Source: a virus
Lineage: Duplodnaviria > Caudoviricetes
DNA: 64,000 nucleotides
Virus record (IMG/VR): IMGVR_UViG_3300015370_000014
Coordinates: 7,016 to 71,015 of that record
Direction: 5' to 3' (one strand)
A program made the position numbers and the translations under genes. This document shows, piece after piece, positions 46,298 to 54,770 of this stretch. The notes under the pieces are model-generated. The model worked only from the letters and a program-made list of their open reading frames with translations. It was not told the DNA's origin and ran no database searches. Position 1 is the first letter of the stretch, and each line of letters begins with the position of its first letter.

Positions 46298-47821
46298 GTG
46301 CAAAGATTAACTTTGGATTTTGTTAGGTCTCAGTTTAAGTGTCGTGGATTCGAGCTGTTGGAGAGGACCTACAGTAGAGCTACCGCGAAGTTGCGTTATA
46401 AATGTCCCGAGGGGCATATACACGCTATAAAGTGGAATGATTTTCAGCAAGGGTTGGGGTGTCCACATTGTTCTGGAAAAGCGCCCCTTGATTTAAATAG
46501 GGTGCTCAAAGCTCTTCAGGCAGAGGGGTATAGTTTTTTGTGCGGCGGGGCACGTAGTAAATCCTTACTTAGATGTAAGTGCCCTGGGGGACATACCTTC
46601 TCTACCTCATGGAGTCGGTTTTATCGGGGTTCAAGGTGCCCCTATTGTTGCAACAGGTTGGTGTGCTTAGACAACTGCCTGGGTTCTTTACGTCCCGATA
46701 TAGCGGCAGAGTGGCACGAAACTTACAATGAGGGGTTGACACCTCAGGATGTATTACCAGGTGCTAGGAAAAAGGTATGGTGGAGGGGTGTTTGTGGGTG
46801 TGAGTGGGAAGCCTCAATAAACGGGAGAACTCGAGGGGCAGGGTGTCCTTATTGTGCTGGGAAGAAGGTGAGCTCCAGCAACTGCCTTGCGGCAGTTAAT
46901 ACTGTGCTTGCTAAAGAGTGGCACCCCATTAAAAACCTGGGTTTAACGTCTGAGGAGGTTACCGCGGGGTCCAATAAGAAAGTCTGGTGGCAGTGTGATA
47001 TAGGTCACGAGTGGGAGTCTACTGTTAATAGCAGGTCTTCTGGAAGTGGGTGTCCCTTTTGTTCAGGATTGAGGGTTCTGCCAGATACAAGTTTTGCTTC
47101 GGTTAACCCAGAAAAAGTATCGGAATGGGATGCACTAAAAAATACGAAAGAGGTGTCTCCGGAAACAGTGTCTGCGTGGTCTAATAAGAAGGTCTGGTGG
47201 GTTTGTGCAAAGGGTCACAGCTGGAGGGCTTTGATTTCTTGCCGGTCTGCTGGAAGTGGGTGTCCATACTGCTCTGGTCAAAAAGTGTGTAGTGACAATT
47301 GTCTCGCTACGATTAACCCCGAGTTGGCAGAGGAGTGGCACCCTGCCAAAAATTTACCGACTTTGAGCCCAGAAAGGATTACGGCGTATTCCGGTAAGAA
47401 GGTTTGGTGGGTGTGCCCTGTGGGCCACTCCTGGTGTTCCACTGTATATAATAGGGCTTCTGGGCACGGATGCCCAGAATGCGCGGGTGGGTCTGTTTCT
47501 AAGGCTTCGCAGACGTGGCTCGATTCGCTAGGAATCCCAGAGGAGTTTCGGGAGTTTGCGATAAAACTGTCAGGCCACAAGAGGAGTATTAGGGTCGACG
47601 GGTTCGACCCGGCCACGAACACCGTGTATGAGTTTCTTGGGGACTTTTGGCACGGGAACCCTGCAAGGTTCGACCCGCAGGAGGTTAACCCTCGCACATC
47701 CGAAAAATATGGAGTTTTATATCGACGAACAATGAGGCGGTTGGAGAGACTTCGAAGGGAGGGGTATACCGTTGTTCACATTTGGGAAGGAGAGTTTAAG
47801 GAGGGGTACAGATGGCAGTAA
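46298..47821 (+). CDS. Chimeric zinc-ribbon endonuclease (2 CPxGH ribbons + 4 DUF4379-like repeats + Vsr/EDxHD-like nuclease)
   Basis: CPEGH..CPHC and CPGGH..CPYC, four VWW.C..GH.W repeats, VDGFDPATNTVYEFLGDFWHGNP...IWEGE. Confidence 0.8.
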   Translation: MQRLTLDFVRSQFKCRGFELLERTYSRATAKLRYKCPEGHIHAIKWNDFQQGLGCPHCSGKAPLDLNRVLKALQAEGYSFLCGGARSKSLLRCKCPGGHTFSTSWSRFYRGSRCPYCCNRLVCLDNCLGSLRPDIAAEWHETYNEGLTPQDVLPGARKKVWWRGVCGCEWEASINGRTRGAGCPYCAGKKVSSSNCLAAVNTVLAKEWHPIKNLGLTSEEVTAGSNKKVWWQCDIGHEWESTVNSRSSGSGCPFCSGLRVLPDTSFASVNPEKVSEWDALKNTKEVSPETVSAWSNKKVWWVCAKGHSWRALISCRSAGSGCPYCSGQKVCSDNCLATINPELAEEWHPAKNLPTLSPERITAYSGKKVWWVCPVGHSWCSTVYNRASGHGCPECAGGSVSKASQTWLDSLGIPEEFREFAIKLSGHKRSIRVDGFDPATNTVYEFLGDFWHGNPARFDPQEVNPRTSEKYGVLYRRTMRRLERLRREGYTVVHIWEGEFKEGYRWQ

Positions 47822-48528
47822 TTATCGGGGGCGGAAGTTCTGTTACTGCGACCAACTTACTGGTTAGTGGCCACGGTGTTGTTTCCGTAAATTTTGGGTT
47901 GCAGGCAAGTGTGGAGCGCCTTTGGGAATTAGGCTCCTTTAGTCCTTACGACACTACATCATCTCGACAGAGGACTTTTGGGCTTACTATATACGGGAAA
48001 AAACCTGATGGTACCGGTGGAACTTCTGTTCAAGTACTAACACCCTCTACTTCGTGCGCTGACGCTAGCTCTTTGTCTATAACGTTTAACCCCAGCTCGT
48101 GCTCTGGAGCAGTGGTTGGGTTCACTGATACCTTCTTTATTACGAGTTACTCGTACTCGAAAGATACTACCTCGTATGGGCAAGAGTCCTGGCAGTTTTC
48201 CAGTAAGCCAACCATCCCCTCATACACCGGCACTATTTATATGCTCCGTGGAATAAGTACAGGCCAGATGATTACAGGTGCTGATGTTATTATGGATGCG
48301 GAGATGGGTGTTGTGGTTGATGAAACAGCTTCTAAAGACGCGTTAGGAAACTGGATTGAGTCAGATAGCGGTTCTGTTAGCGGCGGATTTCCGGGTATAG
48401 GAAATATGGAGACTACCAGAGAAGTTGTATATACATCTATTGGAGGGTCGACGGGGAAAAGTACTACCACAGATGGTAAGCGTGGGCAAGCCTCCTGTTC
48501 GATTCCTATGCAGCCTATTTATGTTTAG
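47812..48528 (+). CDS. Ser/Thr-rich tail protein, tube-like fold possible
   Basis: AGGAGG RBS; ERLWELGS motif reminiscent of the ELG motif in the tube protein. Confidence 0.55.
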   Translation: MAVIIGGGSSVTATNLLVSGHGVVSVNFGLQASVERLWELGSFSPYDTTSSRQRTFGLTIYGKKPDGTGGTSVQVLTPSTSCADASSLSITFNPSSCSGAVVGFTDTFFITSYSYSKDTTSYGQESWQFSSKPTIPSYTGTIYMLRGISTGQMITGADVIMDAEMGVVVDETASKDALGNWIESDSGSVSGGFPGIGNMETTREVVYTSIGGSTGKSTTTDGKRGQASCSIPMQPIYV

Positions 48529-48535
48529 GTGTTTT

Positions 48536-48961
48536 ATGAAAAAGATTAAAGAAAAGTACAAATTGATTTTGTCTTGGGATAGCATTGAGGTTATTGACGA
48601 TAACCACGCCCTTGTTTTTGGTGCGCGTTTTAGTGGGCCAGCTTTAAAATTAGCGACTTCGCTGAACGCGGAAGATAGCATTGATTTGGACCTAACATCC
48701 CAGCACATTGACCTTATAGGTACGTGGGATATTGTGACATTCGAGTGGTCTGGTATTAAGTACGTAGAAGATGGCAGCACGGTGTTTTTTTCGCGGGGCC
48801 GTCTAAGGTCCCCTGAGCTTGGAAAGGTGCGCAACTTCAAAAACTCAGATAGGGTTGTTATTGATACAGAGGACCACGAAGAGGAAAAACACCCCCTCAA
48901 CCTGGTATACCGAGCATACATAGAGCGGGAAGATTCTACTCCGTATGACTACAAGAGGTAG
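48536..48961 (+). CDS. Hypothetical protein
   Basis: ATG 48536 after AGGTG, preferred to the overlapping ORF-track start at 48425. Confidence 0.6.
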   Translation: MKKIKEKYKLILSWDSIEVIDDNHALVFGARFSGPALKLATSLNAEDSIDLDLTSQHIDLIGTWDIVTFEWSGIKYVEDGSTVFFSRGRLRSPELGKVRNFKNSDRVVIDTEDHEEEKHPLNLVYRAYIEREDSTPYDYKR

Positions 48962-48966
48962 GGACG

Positions 48967-49260
48967 ATGGTTAATTACCCAGCAGGGAGCAGGACTAGGT
49001 ATTCGGGGTATGGGTGGAAGCTGTGTCCTTACTCTACTGCGTACGAAGAGTCCTATTATGATAATGGCATACAAGGCCCTTCTAATCACCCAGACCTTTT
49101 CAACAACCCCTCGTGGGGAGCGCTTAATACAACAGACCACACAACGACCTCCGGTACTATGCAATACTGCTATTCTGGGTGCGCTGGGTGGATATGTAGG
49201 GACCCTGCTTGTTATTACTACACAGCAGAAGTCCCAGGCGTGTGGTATTTTGAGAGTTAG
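48967..49260 (+). CDS. Small Cys/Tyr-rich protein
   Basis: 97 aa with five Cys (CPY, CYSGC..WIC.DP.C) and many Tyr/Trp. Confidence 0.55.
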   Translation: MVNYPAGSRTRYSGYGWKLCPYSTAYEESYYDNGIQGPSNHPDLFNNPSWGALNTTDHTTTSGTMQYCYSGCAGWICRDPACYYYTAEVPGVWYFES

Positions 49261-49332
49261 ATAAATTCTTTTAATTATAGCAAAACGACGGTTTGTTCGG
49301 AAACACCTGGTTCCTAACTACGGAGAATAATT

Positions 49333-50238
49333 ATGGCAACCAACATAGTCGTACGTGATTTGGAGCACTACCCCGATACGGGTAAGACAGTGACTGTAGA
49401 CTTGAAGTCAATTATCCCTTTGGGGTATGGGGGTGATAGCCGCTGGTGCCTTTCCGCAGACACCTCCGCCACCGCCTCTGGTTCAGCGACGATTCAGGAA
49501 TCGTTCGCCAATGGTACTGTGTGTGGGTGGTCGAAGAGTAGCGCAAAGGTTACCAGTCCTTTTACTATCACAGGAAGTGACAACCAGTTGAAGGTAGCGA
49601 TTGATGAGGCTTTGACTTCTGGCATTACAATCGCACTAACTACAAGTGCTTCTCCTCAGACAGGCGACTCTATTGCTGCTAATATTGAGCAGCTACTTAA
49701 AGATTCTACAGTAACAGGAGGAGCGAAGGAAGGAAACCTTTCCTACTTGAACGCTAGGTGTGTTTATAGAAATGGTAGGTTTATCATTGCTTCGGGTGGC
49801 CTGTCTACATCGTTTACCGGCGCAGATAAGTCTTCTGTGAGGGTTGGCGCCGCCACACTGTATGATGCTTCTGCGTTGCTTGGGTTTGATACCCCTGTTG
49901 AATCGGAAGAAATTGCGTCGGCGACGCTCACAGAGACTTATGTTTCATCTATTGTCTCTTCTTCTACTACCGTACCAGTGAACTCAGTTTCTGGGATTGC
50001 AGAGGGAGATTGTATTGCCCTTAAAGACCCTGATGGTAGTATCTACTACAGGTATGTAGATACGGTGGGCGCGCCAAACCTGACTGTCAACGTAGCAGTG
50101 TCGGTTGCGGCTAATACTATGGTCCAGGTGCTTCGTCTTCAGGACCCCGAAGTGAAGCCCCCCTCCTACTACGAGGACATTGATGGTGTGATGAGGCACT
50201 GTATTGAATTGTTGGCCCGTCAGATTAACTTTGCATAA
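49333..50238 (+). CDS. Beta-rich virion protein
   Basis: GGAG RBS; FTI.GS.NQLKV.ID domain shared with the ORF at 62625. Confidence 0.7.
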   Translation: MATNIVVRDLEHYPDTGKTVTVDLKSIIPLGYGGDSRWCLSADTSATASGSATIQESFANGTVCGWSKSSAKVTSPFTITGSDNQLKVAIDEALTSGITIALTTSASPQTGDSIAANIEQLLKDSTVTGGAKEGNLSYLNARCVYRNGRFIIASGGLSTSFTGADKSSVRVGAATLYDASALLGFDTPVESEEIASATLTETYVSSIVSSSTTVPVNSVSGIAEGDCIALKDPDGSIYYRYVDTVGAPNLTVNVAVSVAANTMVQVLRLQDPEVKPPSYYEDIDGVMRHCIELLARQINFA

Positions 50239-50248
50239 GTAGAGTGTT

Positions 50249-50779
50249 ATGGCCACTTTTTTTGTGACGCACAGTAAGTTTCCGACGAACCCAAAGCTCT
50301 TTACCGTTAATATAGAACAGGTTGTTAAAAGGAAGGGTGAGCCTAATACCCAGTTCTTTTACAGCAACGACGGCGAAGAGTTTTGGGAGCTTTATATCGC
50401 GGCTAGCGCTGTTGATACCGTAGGGGTTGCTGTGCCCCCTTTCTGGGCGGACGTGCTGGCCTCAGAAGCCACCATTGATGAGCTGGTTGCGGAAAAGGTG
50501 GATGCTATTTGTGCTTTGATAGATTGGACCTCTTCAGGGGAGTTAGTGGCGGAGGAGGATAGGTATGCGCCTGTGCTCATTAGTGCCAGCCCTGTGGATG
50601 GAGCTGTTGATGTACCTATAGCGTCTAAGATTACGGTAGTGCTGAAGGAGTTGCTCCCCGGAAGTGGTATGGACATAGCTACTTTGTCATTCAAAATAAA
50701 GGGGGTGCCAGTTACGCCTATGGTAACGGGGCACCCATACGAGTACACTTTGGAATTTAGTCCAAAGCCCTTATATTAA
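50249..50779 (+). CDS. Virion protein with a C-terminal SbsA/Big_5-like Ig domain
   Basis: APVLISASPVDGAVDVPIASKITVVL...GMD..TL pattern. Confidence 0.65.
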   Translation: MATFFVTHSKFPTNPKLFTVNIEQVVKRKGEPNTQFFYSNDGEEFWELYIAASAVDTVGVAVPPFWADVLASEATIDELVAEKVDAICALIDWTSSGELVAEEDRYAPVLISASPVDGAVDVPIASKITVVLKELLPGSGMDIATLSFKIKGVPVTPMVTGHPYEYTLEFSPKPLY

Positions 50780-50788
50780 GGCGGGATT

Positions 50789-52006
50789 GTGACCTACGAG
50801 AACATCAGGGTATCACATAGACATGTATGTACAGATGAGATGCACTCATACGCTTATACGTTTGACCACACCCAGCAGGCAGTAGTTCAAAAGGACTTGT
50901 CAAGCGGGGTTGTTGTGCAGTCCTGGCCTACGGATTTCTTTTTTACAGAGGTAGTATCTCTGGAGTTTGATGGCTATTACTGGTGGACTTTAGAGCAGGT
51001 CTCGGACGGATTTATAATCCGCAAGTGGGAGCGGAAATCAAGTATTTTTGCATCGTTGATATCGACCTACTCTTTTAGTTCCTCTGCTTCTCTGCAGTTT
51101 TCGTCAAGTGCTCTCGCGGTAGAAGCTTACACCTCTACTGTAAGTACTGCAGTTGGCCCAGGGGTTTCTTACTTGGATGTTGACGACGCCTCTAAGTTTA
51201 GAATAGGGGACAGGGTAGTTATAGGCCCGAGCACATCTATTGGTTATATAGGAAACACTGATAAGTGTTCAATCCTGGGAGTTGTTGGGAACACCGTACA
51301 GGTTTCTCCAGCACTGGCAAGTAGGTACTCTTCTTCGGACAGGGTGGTTTCTCCTCAATCTCTTTGGGTATTTAACGACTACGGAGATTCTCCAAGTAAG
51401 GGGTCGTTAATCAAGCTTAGTGCTAAGACTGGTGCGATTCTACTTGTGGATTATGGTGCAGAGTATCGGCAGGCGTCTGCTGCCACTTTTTATGACTCGT
51501 GGCTACTCTACCACAAGGGCGGGCAGGTTAGGTGGGTGTCTCCTGCAACTCTTGCTCCCTACAAGGTAATGGCCGTAGATGTTCTGAAGACAGACCGTTC
51601 ATCGCTTTCGGATGTATATGGGCTGTTCGTATATGACAGCATTTTATACAGGCTCCAGTCAGAGTACACCTACTACTCTGCTGGCTGGCACATCGAACTG
51701 TGGTCGACTTATAACCTGGTGAGCAGCTCCACAGTGGCGGAGGTTTATATGGTCGCACTGTCTGTGGAGAAACCTATGCAGCACTTGGTGGAGTCTCCAA
51801 CAATTACTACGGTTAGTTCTACAGTAAACTGTATTGTTTTGGACCAGTATATGACGCCAGTGTATGATAAGACAGTGAACTTCACGACAACAGCGGGTAC
51901 GGTGGCTCCTCTCCAAGCTGTAACGGATACTAATGGTAGGTGTAGGACTGTGTATCTTGGGGATACTCAGGATACGCTAGTGACTATAACAGCAGATACA
52001 GCGTAA
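50789..52006 (+). CDS. Tail appendage protein with a C-terminal Big_1 (invasin-type) Ig domain; paralog of 52016
   Basis: C-terminal VLDQY.TPV..KTVNF...G...P....TD.NG; N-terminal SLEFDG..WW.LE...FIIRKW shared with the next gene. Confidence 0.7.
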   Translation: MTYENIRVSHRHVCTDEMHSYAYTFDHTQQAVVQKDLSSGVVVQSWPTDFFFTEVVSLEFDGYYWWTLEQVSDGFIIRKWERKSSIFASLISTYSFSSSASLQFSSSALAVEAYTSTVSTAVGPGVSYLDVDDASKFRIGDRVVIGPSTSIGYIGNTDKCSILGVVGNTVQVSPALASRYSSSDRVVSPQSLWVFNDYGDSPSKGSLIKLSAKTGAILLVDYGAEYRQASAATFYDSWLLYHKGGQVRWVSPATLAPYKVMAVDVLKTDRSSLSDVYGLFVYDSILYRLQSEYTYYSAGWHIELWSTYNLVSSSTVAEVYMVALSVEKPMQHLVESPTITTVSSTVNCIVLDQYMTPVYDKTVNFTTTAGTVAPLQAVTDTNGRCRTVYLGDTQDTLVTITADTA

Positions 52007-52015
52007 GGTACTTAA

Positions 52016-53458
52016 ATGACCAGAGAGAATGTTAGATTCAGTCAGCCTAATTTTACGACAGACGGCGCTTTCTACTACTCTATGCTCACCTCTGTGGGGG
52101 TTTTGCAGCAGAAGGTGGATGATGGCACTGTTGCGTTTAGCTTTGTACTGGACACCAGCCCGGAAAACACGATTAAAAGCTTGGAGTGGGATGGCGTATT
52201 TTTTTGGTCTTTGGAGGACCACGGAGACCCTGTTGATGGTTTTGTGATTAGGAAGTGGGCTATAGACGATTTCATTTGTAAGCAGATATCTGTCTACACC
52301 TATACAGATACTGCTACACATACTTACAGGGCCTCTTCATTTGCTATCGAGCATTATAGGAGTTCTGTTGGTCCAGGGAACAACGACGGGGGTGGCGACG
52401 GGTACACAGGCGTGAACCTGATGAGTGAGATTTTCCTCTATGACACCTCTAAGCTTTCCGTGGGTGATATCGTTTATTTCGTAAAAAGATGGACACCTGT
52501 ACAAAATAGGTATGGTACAACAAACATAGAGCAGTTTGTCGTAAATAACATCATCTCCTCAACTAAAGTGGCTTTTAGCACTAATACCACGGGGAACCCC
52601 TACAGTGATGGGAGGGGTTGGCGTGGTGTAGAGGCGAACCCTTCCGCCACTGAGCCTCTTCCTCCAGATGAAGTTTATTGGACCAAGTATATCTGGGTGT
52701 TCAATGATTATTCCCCGGGTCCTACGTCCACCCCAGCGCTGTATAAGATAAACGCTAACAATGGCACTAACATTTCTCAAGACTCCGGTTCCCAATATGG
52801 TAGCGTGAACGCGTCCACCTTCTATGTGAAGTATGGCACAGCGTCTAAGACTGACGGGGACCACACAGAGTCGCTGACCTTTAATACCTCCATTGTGGAT
52901 ACCGCCGCGTTGGGCGGGAAGCAGACCTATGTGGTATATATCAAAGACTCGACGGGCCTGCTTTATAACGCAAGTACCGCGGTGACGGATAGGGGGTTGG
53001 CGATTGATAACGTTAAAGTGGACACCGTCAGTGTGTGGCCCGCGTATGACTTAGTTGTGGTAGGCACCGAGCCCGACGCCATTTTGTTGAGGCTCCAGCT
53101 GGGCACAACGTATAAGATAGGGGGAAATCTCTCAGATGAGTCATGGACTACCGTCTACAGTTATGACAGGTCTCTCCTTCGAAGGCATGTTAAGTCCATT
53201 TCCGTGACTGCTGTTCCTTCAATTGTACCTATAACTACAGGGTCCGCAGTTTTGACAGCGCATTTAAGGGACCAGTATAACGACCCCGTTCCTTCTGGAG
53301 TTTCTGTCTCGTTCGCTGATGACGACGGGGAGGCCTCGGTGTCTCCCACATCGTCAACTACAGACGCCTTTGGTAGGGCTTACTCTAACTTTATCGCAGG
53401 GGATACTGAGAAGGATGTCAAGATTACAGCAGCATCCACCTGGGTTAGTCTAACGTAA
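52016..53458 (+). CDS. Tail appendage protein with a C-terminal Big_1 Ig domain; paralog of 50789
   Basis: LRDQY.DPV..GV.V.F..DDG...P....TDAFG; N-terminal SLEWDG.FFWSLE...FVIRKW. Confidence 0.7.
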   Translation: MTRENVRFSQPNFTTDGAFYYSMLTSVGVLQQKVDDGTVAFSFVLDTSPENTIKSLEWDGVFFWSLEDHGDPVDGFVIRKWAIDDFICKQISVYTYTDTATHTYRASSFAIEHYRSSVGPGNNDGGGDGYTGVNLMSEIFLYDTSKLSVGDIVYFVKRWTPVQNRYGTTNIEQFVVNNIISSTKVAFSTNTTGNPYSDGRGWRGVEANPSATEPLPPDEVYWTKYIWVFNDYSPGPTSTPALYKINANNGTNISQDSGSQYGSVNASTFYVKYGTASKTDGDHTESLTFNTSIVDTAALGGKQTYVVYIKDSTGLLYNASTAVTDRGLAIDNVKVDTVSVWPAYDLVVVGTEPDAILLRLQLGTTYKIGGNLSDESWTTVYSYDRSLLRRHVKSISVTAVPSIVPITTGSAVLTAHLRDQYNDPVPSGVSVSFADDDGEASVSPTSSTTDAFGRAYSNFIAGDTEKDVKITAASTWVSLT

Positions 53459-53460
53459 TA

Positions 53461-54768
53461 ATGGTCGCATCAAATACCTACTTATTACAATTTGCTTCGC
53501 CAGACCCTCTTATCTCTGACGTAGTGCAGTTTAGTGGGACTGCCTCTTCTGGTGCTACAGAAGTACAGTCGGAGTTTCAGAGGGAATCGTCTGTTACTCA
53601 GTGTACGCTGTATCCTGCGCAGAATCCAATGCCCAGAGGGGATGGTATTACTACTACCGATATATATGATTTTTCAGACTCGCCAACGGGCGACCCCGCC
53701 CTGCCAGGCAAACTGAGGTATGCGTATGGTAGGCCAAATGCAGATACAAGCACATACGGTACACTTAAGTACTCACACGGGCTTCTTGTCTCTCAGACAG
53801 CTTCTTCAATTGAGGGTACAGTGTCTTCAGTACAGAAGTCATACTCGGGATATACTAAGGAAGCACAGCAAGCTCTTAAAAGTGGTGATATAACATTAGT
53901 ACAGGACCTTTTTAATTCTGCGGATACCTATGTAGAGCAGTTCCAATTTCTACTCACCGCAATTCCCATTCCGTTTTCTAGTAAGAATCCTGTAGATTCT
54001 GATGTGTTTTTGAGGATAGCAAACCCAGTTTCGTTTCCGTTAGCCTCTGGCACAGCTAGTCTTTCTCTGAATGGGGAGGTACAGCAGGGCTTAGTTGTGG
54101 AACCGTTTTTTTTGGGCAATGGTGGCCTGAATGTAACCTGGTCTAACGTAGAGCATTTTGAGTATGGTTCACAGGTTGATGTTCATTGGGTTTTTGAGGA
54201 TACAGATGTCCCCCCCAATAAGATAGTAATTGAGTACTGGTTTAGAACTGTGGAAGACAGGGTCGGTCCTCGCATAACTTCTATCAGTCCCACAGCTTCG
54301 AGCGAGGGTGTACTGATAAGTGCCTCGATATTATTTGATTTGACAGACGCGGAGGCAGGAGTTGATATTTCTTCTCTAAAGCTATATGTTAACGGGGTAC
54401 TTATTGAAACAACTAACCCCAATTTGACCATACTAGAGATTAGTGAGGGGTTTCGTATAGGGTACGACCCACCCACAGATTTTCTTTATGGGGATTTTAT
54501 ACCAGTTGTAATACTTGTGTCTGACCTGTCTGCGCATACGAACACTACATTCTTTACGTGGTCGTTTACTACCGAGTTGTCCCCTACTCCCCTTCTTTTA
54601 GAGCAATACCCCCCTCCTTGTGCTACAGGGGTTCAGAGGATAGGGAACATTTCGTTTGAAGTCATTGACGGTGGTGGTGGGTTGTTGAGAGAATCAATTA
54701 CTATGAGTATAGATAGCTCCGAGCGGGGCTCAGTTATACTGGTGCCTATAGTAAGGAGATTGGAATAG
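53461..54768 (+). CDS. Virion protein with multiple Big_5-like Ig domains
   Basis: GPRITSISP...ILFDLTD...GVDISSLKLYVNG plus flanking similar domains. Confidence 0.7.
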   Translation: MVASNTYLLQFASPDPLISDVVQFSGTASSGATEVQSEFQRESSVTQCTLYPAQNPMPRGDGITTTDIYDFSDSPTGDPALPGKLRYAYGRPNADTSTYGTLKYSHGLLVSQTASSIEGTVSSVQKSYSGYTKEAQQALKSGDITLVQDLFNSADTYVEQFQFLLTAIPIPFSSKNPVDSDVFLRIANPVSFPLASGTASLSLNGEVQQGLVVEPFFLGNGGLNVTWSNVEHFEYGSQVDVHWVFEDTDVPPNKIVIEYWFRTVEDRVGPRITSISPTASSEGVLISASILFDLTDAEAGVDISSLKLYVNGVLIETTNPNLTILEISEGFRIGYDPPTDFLYGDFIPVVILVSDLSAHTNTTFFTWSFTTELSPTPLLLEQYPPPCATGVQRIGNISFEVIDGGGGLLRESITMSIDSSERGSVILVPIVRRLE

Positions 54769-54770
54769 AT

